DNA of 63,565 nucleotides, counting the filler, from Octopus bimaculoides (Eukaryota), in NCBI RefSeq assembly GCF_001194135.2. It is 5 parts of 4 records of this genome, joined end to end, with 100 filler letters (N's around TTAATTAATTAA, not from the genome) between each part and the next. Parts side by side here need not be neighbours in the genome. Positions count along the whole stretch, not along the records: positions 1 to 21,199 come from NC_068987.1; 4 more parts are not named here. One strand, 5' to 3'. A program made the translations under genes and the position numbers. Numbering within the stretch: position 1 is the stretch's first letter; every line of letters begins with the position of its first letter. This document shows, one piece after another, positions 1 through 12,239 of this stretch. Below the pieces are notes generated by a model. That model was not told the origin of the DNA. It did not search any database and saw only the letters and a list, made by a program, of their open reading frames with translations.

Positions 1-41
<41 letters not shown>
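1..41. repeat. (GT)n microsatellite
   Basis: Pure GT dinucleotide run at the window start. Confidence 0.95.
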
Positions 42-42
<1 letters not shown>

Positions 43-329
43 CACGGTACTCTTAGGTGTGAACCATTCGTATCTAAATTCTGTTATATTTAATCAATAC
101 TTCAGTATTAAATATACTGAGTTGGTAGACATTTTTGAGCGCTAGAAAAAGTTCCTCATAATATTTAGTCACTAAATACCTGTGTTCAAATCAAGCCAGA
201 ATCGATAAACCAACAAGAGAGCTTCTGCACGGTCTACTGGCTTGCTAAATTTTCGTTAAATCTTCATCTTATAATGTTAAAAACAAGGAAAGTTTTTTAG
301 TGGTTTGGTTGGAACAAAGATATGCTATG

Positions 330-1050
330 GCTTTCGCAGGCCCTTTGAATCTGGTGAGATTGATGCAGTTGATGTTTATCAATTGCAAATCGACAAAAAT
401 ATCAGCAGGACATCTAGTGGAAGGGAGGCGAATAAGGTGGATGGGCTCAGTTGAAGCTAGGATGCTTCCATTGGGCACTCTATTTCTTAGTCTCTGGGTC
501 ATATCAGTAGCTCCATCTTTCGTCACAGGTCACCAGAAACTCAAGTACTCTTGGACTGGATGTAATGAGTTCAACCATCTCCTTGCTGTCACCAACGTGT
601 CTTTCCTTCTGTTCGTCGCTGAGCACGCTGGGAATCAACTTTGCATAAATTTTGCGCACGCTCAGACCTTCATGAATAATTCTGTGTGCATTTGCTACAC
701 CAACTCCAAACTGTAGACACACGTCAGTATTCATAGACTGTCTTTATAGACACATGACAGCCTTCATAGACTGTCTTTATAGACACACGGCAGTCTTCAT
801 TGAAAACATTGCGAATTTTCTCAACTACCTCTAATGTTCTGTTGTCCCTCTCCTTCCCACACCTCTCATCGTCTCTCACTTCCTCTCTACAGACCTTTAA
901 TCTCTTGTGACAGTGAAAAATAAATGCTCGGCTCATACAAGTTAATCCATAAGCAGCCTGGAGCATTTCACAAGTTTCTACAGCATTTTTGCCTAGTTTA
1001 ACACCGAACTTTAATGCATAGCGAACTTCCAAATTGTTTTCACGTCTCAT
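330..1050 (-). mobile_element. Degenerate mariner (Tc1/mariner) transposase relic
   Basis: ORF 1050-724 (RYALKFGVKLGKNAVETCEMLQAAYG...REEVRDDERCG) matches the mariner N-terminal HTH region. ORF 734-504 continues into the catalytic start (KIYAKLIPSVLS...LVTCDERWSY, then YDPETK). The relic has stops and a frameshift, a 33-bp tandem duplication (about 730-786) and an apparent internal deletion. TIRs were not identified. Confidence 0.85.
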
Positions 1051-1165
1051 CTACATTCTGAAAACTAGTCAGTTGTGACAAGCAGTGTTTAATAGGGTGT
1101 TTAGTAGAAAGTGGGTTATACATCTTTAGATGTATACCTGACTTTCCTACTATAAAATTATGAAA

Positions 1166-1517
1166 TATAACGAAACGCTGAACTCCAGACTATCAACTTA
1201 AACAACATTTATTCAGGTGGTAAATATATACATCTTTAGTTCTTGTTGTTACAGCTTCTGTTGTTGGGACGTTGTCATGTAGGTGTGAGCGAGCTGTCGA
1301 GCGTAAGTCCGAAAGATGTAGAGAGACAGCTTAACACGTAAAGAGGCTGTCTCCAGAGTTCGAATGTTAGAGACACTCTTGACACGTCCATTGCTCTATG
1401 CTGGCCAGCAAGAAAGAGAATGAATTGAGCGGGAACGCTTGGTTGTTTAATTCTACGCATGCGTGAGACTACGCATGCGCACGGCGTTACTACAGGTGTA
1501 TTCAAAATGCTGTTACA
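1166..1517 (-). mobile_element. Possible solo LTR relic
   Basis: The minus strand starts TGTAAC (1517) and ends GTTATA (1166), has AATAAA in its 3' part, and carries CpG-rich ACGCATGCG motifs. No matching TSD was found. Confidence 0.25.
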
Positions 1518-1572
1518 ACCGTCTCCATCAATCTGGAAGAAAAGAGTTGGCAAGTCAGCTTATTAGTTACTC

Positions 1573-1975
1573 TTTTACTCTTCTACTTGTTTCAGTCATT
1601 TGACTGCGGCCATGCTGGGGCACCGCCTTTAGTCGAGCAAATCGACCCCAGGACTTATTCTTTGTAAGCCTCGTACTTATTCTATCGGTCACTTTTTGCC
1701 GAACCCTAAGTTACGGGGACGTAAACACACCAGCATTGGTTGTCAAGCGAAGTTGGGGGGACAAACGCAAACACACAAACATATACACATATACATATAT
1801 ACATATACATGACGGGCTTCTTTCAGTTTCCGTCTACCAAATCCACTCACAAGGCTTTGGTCGGCCCGAGGCTATAGTAGAAGACACTTGCCCAAGGTGC
1901 CACGCAGTGGGACTGAACCCAGAACCATGTGGTTGGTAAGGAAGCTACTTACCACACAGCCACTCCTGCGCCTAT
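1573..1975 (-). mobile_element. SINE family B, near full length
   Basis: Reverse complement of the copy at 5625: head GGCGCAGGAGTGGCTGTGTGGTAAG, then CACCTTGGGCAAGTGTCTTCTACTATAGCC, an internal (TA/CA) tract and a 3' body. It recurs many times in the window. Confidence 0.85.
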
Positions 1976-2582
1976 GTACTAATCATATTTTAGAATTATA
2001 ATAATCTAGGACAATTATAATTTCCTCTCTGAAAAAAAGTCTCAAAGTTTCTGGGATGCACTTCGTACCTTTAACTGAAACAGGGAAGCTGTAACTCTTG
2101 GAGGAGATCTTCCGATGAATATCGTTTCTTTGTTTGTTGATATTGTTGTTGTTATTGTCTGTGTTGTTGCCGTAGTAGTAGTAGTAGTTGGTATTGTTGC
2201 TGTTGTTGTTACTGCTGCTTTTGCTTCTACTGTCGTCATCTATATTGTTTTTCGTATCACAATTATCCTGACACTTTAATAATAATAATAATAAAAAAAG
2301 AGCGAAAAAGGTTCGATGATTCAACACAAAATCTAGTTGAAGAAAGTAAATTAGGAAAAGATGGGGCTAATGCAAATTCGCACCTCACCTTGAAAAATGC
2401 ATTTTTCTGAAAAAGTTTATTCGGATTCCTAGGTTTTACATGTTGAAGATTATGAATATGCAAAAACAAATTTTAAAATTTTAACTCATCCAACCCCCTC
2501 GACCCATCCCCAATTTTAAATGTATTGTTGTATATTAAAGTATGGAAATTTCATTAAAGCAGGTATGTAATATGAAGAAATG

Positions 2583-2911
2583 TGGAGGCGCAATGGCCTA
2601 GTGGTTAGGGCAGCGGACTCACGGTTGTAGGATCGCAGTTTCGATTTCCAGACCGGCCGTTGTGAGTGTTTTTTGAGCGAAAACACCTAAAGCTACTCGA
2701 GGCTCCGGCAGGGGATGGTGGCGAACCCTGCTGTACTCTTTCACCACAACTTTCTCTCACTCTTTCTTCCTGTTTCTGTTGTACCTGTATTTCAAAGGGC
2801 CAGCCTTGTCACACTGTGTCACGCTGAATCTCCCCGAGAACTACGTTAAGGGTACACGTGTCTGTGGAGTGCTCAGCCACTTGCACGTTAATTTCACGAG
2901 CAGGCTGTTCC
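2583..2911 (+). mobile_element. tRNA-derived SINE family A (3' end lost in gap)
   Basis: Pol III A box TGGCCTAGTGG and B-box-like GTTTCGATTTCC. The body is shared with copies at 13293, 30921, 57552 and 63116. Confidence 0.85.
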
Positions 2912-4528
2912 NNNNNNNNNNNNNNNNNNNNNNNNNNNNNNNNNNNNNNNNNNNNNNNNNNNNNNNNNNNNNNNNNNNNNNNNNNNNNNNNNNNNNNNNN
3001 NNNNNNNNNNNNNNNNNNNNNNNNNNNNNNNNNNNNNNNNNNNNNNNNNNNNNNNNNNNNNNNNNNNNNNNNNNNNNNNNNNNNNNNNNNNNNNNNNNNN
3101 NNNNNNNNNNNNNNNNNNNNNNNNNNNNNNNNNNNNNNNNNNNNNNNNNNNNNNNNNNNNNNNNNNNNNNNNNNNNNNNNNNNNNNNNNNNNNNNNNNNN
3201 NNNNNNNNNNNNNNNNNNNNNNNNNNNNNNNNNNNNNNNNNNNNNNNNNNNNNNNNNNNNNNNNNNNNNNNNNNNNNNNNNNNNNNNNNNNNNNNNNNNN
3301 NNNNNNNNNNNNNNNNNNNNNNNNNNNNNNNNNNNNNNNNNNNNNNNNNNNNNNNNNNNNNNNNNNNNNNNNNNNNNNNNNNNNNNNNNNNNNNNNNNNN
3401 NNNNNNNNNNNNNNNNNNNNNNNNNNNNNNNNNNNNNNNNNNNNNNNNNNNNNNNNNNNNNNNNNNNNNNNNNNNNNNNNNNNNNNNNNNNNNNNNNNNN
3501 NNNNNNNNNNNNNNNNNNNNNNNNNNNNNNNNNNNNNNNNNNNNNNNNNNNNNNNNNNNNNNNNNNNNNNNNNNNNNNNNNNNNNNNNNNNNNNNNNNNN
3601 NNNNNNNNNNNNNNNNNNNNNNNNNNNNNNNNNNNNNNNNNNNNNNNNNNNNNNNNNNNNNNNNNNNNNNNNNNNNNNNNNNNNNNNNNNNNNNNNNNNN
3701 NNNNNNNNNNNNNNNNNNNNNNNNNNNNNNNNNNNNNNNNNNNNNNNNNNNNNNNNNNNNNNNNNNNNNNNNNNNNNNNNNNNNNNNNNNNNNNCGCACA
3801 CATATTTCGTCACGCACACACTCACATACACACACATATATGTATGTATATAAAATAGAACAAAAACGCAATAGAGGACGATAGAACATCCGGACAGGTA
3901 GACGATACATAGGCGGGCAGGAAAAACAATAATTAGAGGGACGGGGAAAAAAATGACGGGTCATTCGTGGTCTTCTTTCATCAGTCAGGTTACCAGATAT
4001 CCTTACAGTTTCGGGCAGTTACATTTGAGACTGTTCGATCTGGTTGCTCCAAAAAAAGTCTAAGTTAAGAGCATTAGATTTTTTTGTAAGAAAGCTAGCG
4101 AATGTATACGTCAAGGACAAAAAACAGAGGAAAATGTATGTATGTATAATATATATATATATATATATATATGGCAACGGTGGTACTCCAGCATGACCAC
4201 AGCTTTGAAGCTGAAACAATTTAAGATTTAAAGATGTATATATATATTATAGTTCATCTAGACATCATCAATAAGTGGGGTATGAGACTGTGCACTGCAC
4301 CTACCACGGTTTCATCAAATCAAACCCGGTCTCCTTCGAGTGGAAGAAGTGAAGGGTTGAAACACTTGCATGAGGTAGTGGTGGTAATTTCTTCTCTGAA
4401 ATCTTTCTGCCGTTCATCTCTCTCTCTCTGTCTCCACCCTTCTCTCTCACTCTGTCTCCACCCCTCTCTCTCTGTCTCCACCTCTCTCTGTCTCCACCTC
4501 TCTCTCTCACTCTCTCTCTCTCACACAC

Positions 4529-4808
4529 AAAAGGGAATCTTTGCATCCAATTTAACGTGGATGGTGTGTTAGAACACCGAATACTGCATTCTTTATCATG
4601 AGAGTATCTCCCATGTGGACACATGGCGTATAAAAGCACTCATATCGTTGGCAGACGAGGTGCTTGAAGCAGACGATTTGCGTCAGCCATCGATATAGAT
4701 TTGGGTACTTTCGTGCGCCTTGCGTCCATACGAGAAGTCCTATCAAGGTAAAGAATTCGGTTTTCGAACACATCATCCACGTTAAGTTGGGTATAAAGAT
4801 TACCTTTT
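4529..4808. mobile_element. MITE-like element with about 55-bp imperfect TIRs
   Basis: Left arm AAGGGAATCTTTGCATCCAATTTAACGTGGATGGTGTGTTAGAACACCGAAT versus right arm (rc) AAGGTAATCTTTATACCCAACTTAACGTGGATGATGTGTTCGAAAACCGAAT: 8 mismatches in 52 nt. No clear TSD. Confidence 0.7.
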
Positions 4809-5206
4809 GGTATTAATACTGCTTCCGTCACTATTACACACACACACACACTTACACACACAAACACTCATATTTACACATACACACACAGATACACACG
4901 AACACACACTCATATACACACACACATTTACATATACAGACGCACATATAGGTGTACAAAGCTTTGTGTTTATGTTTGCTTTTAACTGTAGTTTGGTTTA
5001 GAATTCAATAACCTGTATTCGATCGAATCTGTAGAAATATAATGAAAGAGAGATAGGAGAAAAAAGACGACAGAAAGAAAGGAAGAGAAAAAGTAATAAA
5101 CGAATCAAACTCAAGAAACATCACCATTCTTCTGGATATGTCGGTCTCTTCAGTACTTAAATTATTCTGAGTTTTTCTTAGGACAATCACTTTGAAGAAG
5201 GCCACA

Positions 5207-5307
5207 TCATCCTTCGAACGAACATGTGTGATACGGCAATGCATTTGTCCTGTCATGCATGTGTTGGTCAGCAAATCTTCCAGAGAAGTCCACAATTGAA
5301 ACGATTT
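5207..5307 (-). CDS. Candidate terminal coding exon of unidentified minus-strand gene
   Basis: Acceptor tttaatctcaatttgcag|AA. The phase-1 reading (E)IVSIVDFSGRFADQHMHDRTNALPYHTCSFEG* is compatible with the phase-1 donor at 9191. Confidence 0.35.
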
Positions 5308-5624
5308 CTGCAAATTGAGATTAAATAAAGCATACAGGCAATACATGTGCATGTGCGTATGTGTGTGTGTGTATGCGTGCGTGTGTGTGTATGCGTGTGT
5401 ACGAGCGAGTAGGAGTGTGTGTATATTTGAAATTTAAATTCTTATACTTTAGAAAATTTATCTTTTTTACTGTTTAATGTACTCTCTCTTTCTCTCTGTA
5501 TCTGTTCAATCATATATATCTACACATACACATATATATTTATAAGCACATATACAATTTAGCAATATATATAAACTTACTTGGAAATGGATGCGTCGCG
5601 TTCAATTAAATAATATATATATAT

Positions 5625-5912
5625 ATAGGCGCAGGAGTGGCTGTGTGGTAAGTAGCTTGTTTACCAACCACATGGTTCCGGGTTCAGTCCCACTGCGTGA
5701 CACCTTGGGCAAGTGTCTTCTACTATAGCCTCGGACCGACCAAAGCCTTGTGAGTGGATTTGGTAGACGGAAACTGAAAGAAGCCCGTCGTATATATGTG
5801 TATATATATATGTATGTGTGTTTGTCCCCCCACCATCACTTGACAACCGATAGTGGTGTGTTTACGTCCCCGTAACTTAGCGGTTCGGCAAAACAGACCG
5901 ATAGAATAAGTA
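5625..5912 (+). mobile_element. SINE family B (truncated by gap)
   Basis: GGCGCAGGAGTGGCTGTGTGGTAAG head, GGTTCAGTCCC B-box-like motif and the shared body. Confidence 0.85.
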
Positions 5913-7469
5913 NNNNNNNNNNNNNNNNNNNNNNNNNNNNNNNNNNNNNNNNNNNNNNNNNNNNNNNNNNNNNNNNNNNNNNNNNNNNNNNNNNNNNNNN
6001 NNNNNNNNNNNNNNNNNNNNNNNNNNNNNNNNNNNNNNNNNNNNNNNNNNNNNNNNNNNNNNNNNNNNNNNNNNNNNNNNNNNNNNNNNNNNNNNNNNNN
6101 NNNNNNNNNNNNNNNNNNNNNNNNNNNNNNNNNNNNNNNNNNNNNNNNNNNNNNNNNNNNNNNNNNNNNNNCGGAAAACAAGATAAGTAAAAACAGAAAA
6201 TTTTGTTTTAGAATTTATGGGAACAGCTGTCTTTGAGACTCATATTATCGTTGAATGCACGAAATGAGGAATAGATAGACAGCCGACAGCTGATGAAGAA
6301 TCTTTTCTCTGTGTTTACTTGTCCTGTTTTCCAGTTTTTCTCGTTGTTCACGTATTTCACTCGTTTTTCCCTAATTTGTTTACGTATTTTATGGTATTTG
6401 TACTGCCGGTGACGTCCTGTACCCATATATGCGTGTATATATATTATAAAGTATTTATTATTATTTCACTGAACGCGACGCATCCATTTCCAAGTAAGTT
6501 TATCTTTACCTTTTTGATGCGACTCTCTACTCTATACTGTTTTCTTCCTCTATCCTTCTCTAGTTCCCTTTTTCTTCCCCTCTCTTTCACCATTTTCTGT
6601 CTGTCTTTCTCTCTATTTCTCCCCCTCTATCTCGTTTTCTCTCTAGTTGCTCACACGTGACCATCGTCCATCTTTCTTTTTCTCATGTGACCATCTTTCT
6701 TTTCCTGCACGGACGTTTAAAGGAACGGATGTGTTTTTTGTCTCTCTATCTTTTCTCTTTTCAAAAAAATGTTTCTCCCAGCGTTCACTATTTTCTACTC
6801 GTTCTGTTCTAACGACCCTCCATGTTTGTTTTCGTTCGGTTTCCTTGTATGTCTCCACTGTCATCTTTTTTGTTCCCAGATTTCACAGTCCAAAAATCAC
6901 TATAATTTCTTTTCAATGTAGCTGAAATTATTTTTTCTCGCCGTACCTTTCTTTTTTGCCTACTACTCTCACTCCCTTACCACAACGTTTAATTCTCTCA
7001 CGCCTCTTTGTCTATGCCCCTGATTCTTTCAACCGCTTTATAGTCTGAGAATGATTACTTTAACCACGTGGTAATTGACTACGCTTTCATCTAGAAAACT
7101 ATTAACTTTATCTTCTTCATTTCTGTTCTTTATTTCTTGTCTTTATGGAGATGTTTTTCTTCTTATCTTGCCTCTTAACTACCTCCTCTGTCTCAATATT
7201 TCCATTCTCTCGTTCTCTTTCCTTTGAACTTTATATTTGGAAACACTATTAGATGACTTGCATTTGTCAATCTTGCCTTGAAAAGGGAGCCCAGACTTAC
7301 TGTAATAATTTCATTTGGATTTGTTGCTGGTTGCATAGCTATGACATTATGCGCATATCACCTGTGAATTATGGTGATCTCGTAACTCCTGGCCTTTTGA
7401 AACAGCTGTCAAGATAATCTATCTATCTATCTATCTATCTATCTATATATATATATATATATATATATA

Positions 7470-7780
7470 ATCAAGTGGAGAATGGAGAAACAAACACAAG
7501 AAGAAGCGGGTCAATTGCGCTAGTTAGCCATTGATTTAATTATGTGGAGATTGTATAATGATTAATTGACGATCGTTTCGATGTACCAATTTGATTGGCA
7601 GATCTCTTCAGAATGTTGAGAAGTATGTTAAAGTTCATGGTGTGAGAGGTGCAATCTTGTATATGCATGTGGACTATACTCTTTTGACAGCTTGCTTTGT
7701 TTGAAGAATCCTAGCTTCGTATGTCGTAGGTTAAGGTGTCGAATTTAATCGGCCATACTGTTTACGGCTAACACGAAGTT
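7470..7780 (-). mobile_element. Penelope-like terminal-repeat mini-element abutting (TATC)n/(TA)n
   Basis: About 300 bp of non-coding sequence next to the microsatellite at 7417-7469, containing a hammerhead fold. The class is inferred from the hammerhead type. Confidence 0.45.
7564..7616 (-). ncRNA. Type I minimal hammerhead ribozyme motif (canonical core)
   Basis: The rc reads ACATT-CTGAAGA-GATCTGCCAAT-CAA-ATTGGTACATC-GAA-ACGATCGT-C-AATT. It has an intact CUGANGA/GAA core, an extended stem II, a palindromic helix III, a GUC site and only a 3-bp stem I. Confidence 0.7.
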
Positions 7781-8284
7781 AGCAAACGATATTTTTTATT
7801 CCTTCTTCTTGTATGTGTGTGGCTAAACAAAAAACATACAAACAACAACAACAACAACAATGACAAAATAAAATTTCACCTGTTTGTTGGTGTCGGTCCN
7901 NNNNNNNNNNNNNNNNNNNNNNNNNNNNNNNNNNNNNNNNNNNNNNNNNNNNNNNNNNNNNNNNNNNNNNNNNNNNNNNNNNNNNNNNNNNNNNNNNNNN
8001 NNNNNNNNNNNNNNNNNNNNNNNNNNNNNNNNNNNNNNNNNNNNNNNNNNNNNNNNNNNNNNNNNNNNNNNNNNNNNNNNNNNNNNNNNNNNNNNNNNNN
8101 NNNNNNNNNNNNNNNNNNNNNNNNNNNNNNNNNNNNNNNNNNNNNNNNNNNNNNNNNNNNNNNNNNNNNNNNNNNNNNNNNNNNNNNNNNNNNNNNNNNN
8201 NNNNNNNNNNNNNNNNNNNNNNNNAGAGGGAGAGAAAGGAAGTGGGAGAGAGAGAGGAACTGGGAGAAAAAGTTTGATAGAGAG

Positions 8285-8331
<47 letters not shown>

Positions 8332-8492
8332 AAGAAAGAGAAAAGCGAGAGAGGGAGAGGGAGAACCATATAAGGTTCTTAAGTCATAGTAGAGACAGTG
8401 TTGGTGTATGTATGTGCGAGTGCGTAATTGAGAGAGAGAAAGTAGGAGAGAGAGTGAGAGAGAGGAAGAAGAAACAAAGGAAAAAGGAGAGC

Positions 8493-8532
<40 letters not shown>

Positions 8533-9190
8533 AGAAGGAGAAAGGGTCATATATAGGGGTTAAGTCACACAAGAAACTGTTGGTATGAGTAAATAAGAGA
8601 CAATCACTTACTTGGTTATCTAAATACAGTGATTGGACAATTTGTTGAACTGAATCGATTATGGAAGCAATAAAGAATCCTTCAAGACCATATTTCTTGC
8701 TCTTTGACACACACCATTCCATAGAATCCACTTTAAACAAAAAATAAAATTCATTGTAAAATATTTCATGTTTGATTCATATCATTAAATAAGACACTAA
8801 TAATGACACTAATCAATAATGACACTAAATAATGACACTAATCAATAAAATAAATTATCTTTCATCAGAGCTGAAATTGATCTTTTTCGGTTGTGTTTCG
8901 AAATCTGATTCCAAAATGTTTTTTAGTGTTTCCCTAGTACGTCTAGTTAGTGGGATACCTTTTTCATAAAATAGTAGTAAAATGGGCTCAATATATAATT
9001 AATAGCGACAGAAGAAGTATTAATAACAAAAAAGTAATGTTTATCTCCCATAAAGCGGCGAGCTGGCAGAACCAAGTAAACCACCCAGGGGTTCCCACGT
9101 TGGCCCAAGGGAATAGAGAAGAAGGGAAACAAGAACATAAAAATGTGACACTCTGGTGTACATCTCTAAATAAATTGTAATGAATCTCAC

Positions 9191-9367
9191 CACGAAATAA
9201 CAACGCAATGATAGATGAGTGACGATTTCTCCAGTCCATGGCCACTCGGTACGCAGTTCTACAACCACCAATTTCCACAAAAAGTTCCCCTTCGGACATG
9301 ACTTCGTTCAATAATGACCAATAGCTGGCGGGATCTTCAAATTCCCTAATTTCTTCTTCAATGTGGC
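9191..9367 (-). CDS. Internal coding exon, unidentified gene
   Basis: Strong polypyrimidine acceptor (ttttaaccctacag|GC) and donor G|GTGAGA. The exon is 177 nt, phase 1-1 and open: HIEEEIREFEDPASYWSLLNEVMSEGELFVEIGGCRTAYRVAMDWRNRHSSIIALLFR. Confidence 0.65.
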
Positions 9368-10422
9368 CTGTAGGGTTAAAACGTATATTAAAAAAAAAAG
9401 AGAGAAAGAAAAAACTGCCTTGAAAAGAGAGAGAGAGAAGAAACGCTAAGGCAAGTATAATGAATGAAGAGATTATAAAGGTATAATAACATTGTGTCGT
9501 CATCATAAATGAACCATGATCATCATCATCACTACCGTTATCACAACAACGCTGACGACGATGAAAATAGCCACAACCTCCGCCACTACTTATGCTACGA
9601 TCAATGATAACATAATTAAAGACTTACATACTCCTTTTAATTATTAACCAAACACAAAAGCTTCTATTTTACTTAATCACTAAAATTCTTGAATTTCAGA
9701 CTTGAGAGAACCCTGAACACAATTGTCTGCTTGAAAGACTACTCTTACCAAATCAGCTGCATAGTTTTGGACTTAAGTTCTCGTTAGAGTACATAAGACT
9801 CTGGTTAACGTAAGGCCGAAAAGAAACAGCTGATAGCTTTATAAATAGTGTATTTAAATTCACTTAGAGTCAAAGTGACGGCACACTTTTCTTTTAACTA
9901 TCACACATAACTTACATGGAATTGTAGCATTTCTTTTATTCTCTTCAAGAAACAGCTCTCAAAATTGTTTACAGCTATACTAATATGCGTTTCCTTTTTC
10001 AAAACACCCTTTGATCAAGATGATATTCTGGTCGTATACATTACAACATTATGAAGATATTTACCTTGTAGAAGACTTAATCCTTTATTTCTATAAATAT
10101 GCTTTATATTATGTATTTGTCATATGAAAAATTACTCGTTATAATCTTGTTGATATTTCTAGTACAACTAATCAACTTTAAAATTATTTCTTTTAGATAA
10201 TTTTCTGTTCCTATGACAGTTTGGAGAACCATTAAAAAAAAAACTAAAAATTCTTAGCTATATTAGATTTATATTTAAAGAAAATGGTGGATTAAACCAA
10301 ATAATATAAATTTTCCTATTCTTGTTTTGAGATATCTAGATAAAAAAAGAAACAAGATATGTAACACTCATGAGTTATGTGCGGTAGTGAAAAGAAATGT
10401 GTGTCGATAGCTTTGACATCAC

Positions 10423-10473
10423 CTGGATCAGTGTCTATAATAGACCGTACACGAAAATGCAAAGCATTGTCAA
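10423..10473 (-). CDS. Candidate internal exon, unidentified gene
   Basis: acacag|TT...CCAG|GTGATG; 51 nt, phase 1-1, (V)DNALHFRVRSIIDTDP(G). Confidence 0.45.
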
Positions 10474-10903
10474 CTGTGTTTACACGAGAAACACAACATC
10501 TTAACAAATTCATCTGACCTGATCTAAGTTTTTCGTGAAAAGACGTCATGTAAATAAATCATATCCATAAGAAAACCCATCACTTGAACAACATCGGATT
10601 GATTTTCTAATCATAAACAGTAACACGAACTGTTAAGTTTATAGATTACCGGATGTTTGTGCTTAATTGGAAACGCAGCATTAACCATTCATATTGTAGA
10701 ATTCGATAAATGTCTGATGTATATATATATATATATATACATACACACACACACATATATATATATATATACATACATATGTACGTATGTATGTATGTGT
10801 GTATGTATGTATGTATGTATGTATGTATGTGTGTGTGTGTATCTACACACAATAACTCAAATATAAAGCAGTTGTAGTTTAATAAATACTGTATTTTACT
10901 CAC

Positions 10904-10972
10904 CAAGCATTTTACCGCGCTTCAGAACAGACCACAACATGTCCACCATAGCAAGATCACCAGTTTCATTTC

Positions 10973-10973
<1 letters not shown>
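10904..10973 (-). CDS. Candidate internal exon, unidentified gene
   Basis: tacag|AGA...CTTG|GTGAGT (consensus donor); 70 nt, phase 0-1, RNETGDLAMVDMLWSVLKRGKML. Confidence 0.5.
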
Positions 10974-11017
<44 letters not shown>

Positions 11018-12239
11018 CCGCATATAAATATATACATATATACACACAGTGTTTAACCCTAACTATATTTGATTGAATACTGTTGTACATAGAGTGAATG
11101 TTTTTGAAAGTTGTGTGTTTTGTTTTTTGGCATGTTTGTTCTCAAACAGCACTTCTTTTAGTGCTGTTGACACCACCGGATTGAATGGCATTGCCCAGGT
11201 ATCGAAACCATAATGATATCCGTGGGGCAGCTGATGATGGAGGTATGTTGGATTGTTGGTATGGCTGTTTGTGTATATGTGGAATAGTGTTATAACACAT
11301 CCTTTTGATATATAAGCGTGTATATATATACGTGAGTGCGTGTGCATGTGTGTGTGAGTGTGTGTGTGTGTGTATGTGTGTGTGTGTGTATGTGTGTGTG
11401 TGTAAAATAATAACAGTATATATTGAGGGTTTAACCGACCAAGTCGAGTAGCTTTAAATCAACTTTTATTAAATTACTTGTCAAAAATGGTTAAGTCGAC
11501 CGTTTATAAATTTGATGAGGAAAATCTAGTTGACCATTTGTGAATTGTCAGATGAACAACAGTTATCTCCTTTATTTAGCGTGTAGCCATATTTTTGTAA
11601 GGGATAGCCACAGTTCGGCTTCTATATTTCACTTGAATTTATTCGAGTTGCAAAAGGGATTCACAATGCAGAAGATCAATCTGCTAGTAAAAGCTGCTAA
11701 ATCTTTCTAAAATGCTACTCATTTTACCATCTTAAAATAAAATAACACACTGGACAGTGGTGGCTCCTGTGTAGGCACCTGCAGAACTGCAGCACCCACT
11801 ATTTCCATTCGATATTATCGATAACATTCAATATAATGAGTTCTTTTTTCTTCCATTCTTTCTTTATACTTGTACATTATATAATCCTTAAGCTTAATGT
11901 CAGTAGCCATCTCCTAGTTCACGAAAAAAATACAAAAATCCTTGTATAGAACTGTGCGCTTCACATTTCTAGCGACGCGGTGTTTGGCTGTTGTGCGTAT
12001 GTCCGAGATATGAAGTTGCATGCTAGGAAGGGAGAGAGTGAGAGAGAGAGAGAGAGAGCACTGTCGTTCACGCAGTGCCGACCCTGGTGTGCTGGTGAAA
12101 GCTAGTGTTTCTTTTTGACTCCGCGTGTGTTGTGCTTAAAAACGTGTTTATATTCTTGAATGTGATAAAGTGTAGAATTAGATTATTATCCTACTTCCAG
12201 CAACAGTGTTGTTGCCAGGATTTGAAAAATAGGGCAAAT

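Noticed and set aside
2583-2660. tRNA-like sequences (also 30921, 13400-13491, 57850-57919)
   Set aside because: They are SINE heads with A/B boxes that continue into SINE bodies; there is no complete cloverleaf.
2779-3964. Long ORFs spanning N runs (also 7779-8550, 12368-13414, 14613-15665, 51809-52458, 55228-55794)
   Set aside because: They are artefacts of X-translated gaps and microsatellites.
3950-4015. Minus-strand CTGATGA...GAA-TGACCCGTCA
   Set aside because: No stem II or stem I, and the A15.1-U16.1 pair is reversed, so it is not a hammerhead.
4290-4345. Minus-strand GAA-ACCGTGGT-A with upstream CTCGAAGGA
   Set aside because: The core is not CUGANGA and stem II is absent; at best a remote relic.
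11200-11250. Plus-strand GAAAC...CTGATGA (type II hammerhead order) and exon-like splice signals
   Set aside because: Helices I and III do not pair, and all frames close before the GTATGT donor.
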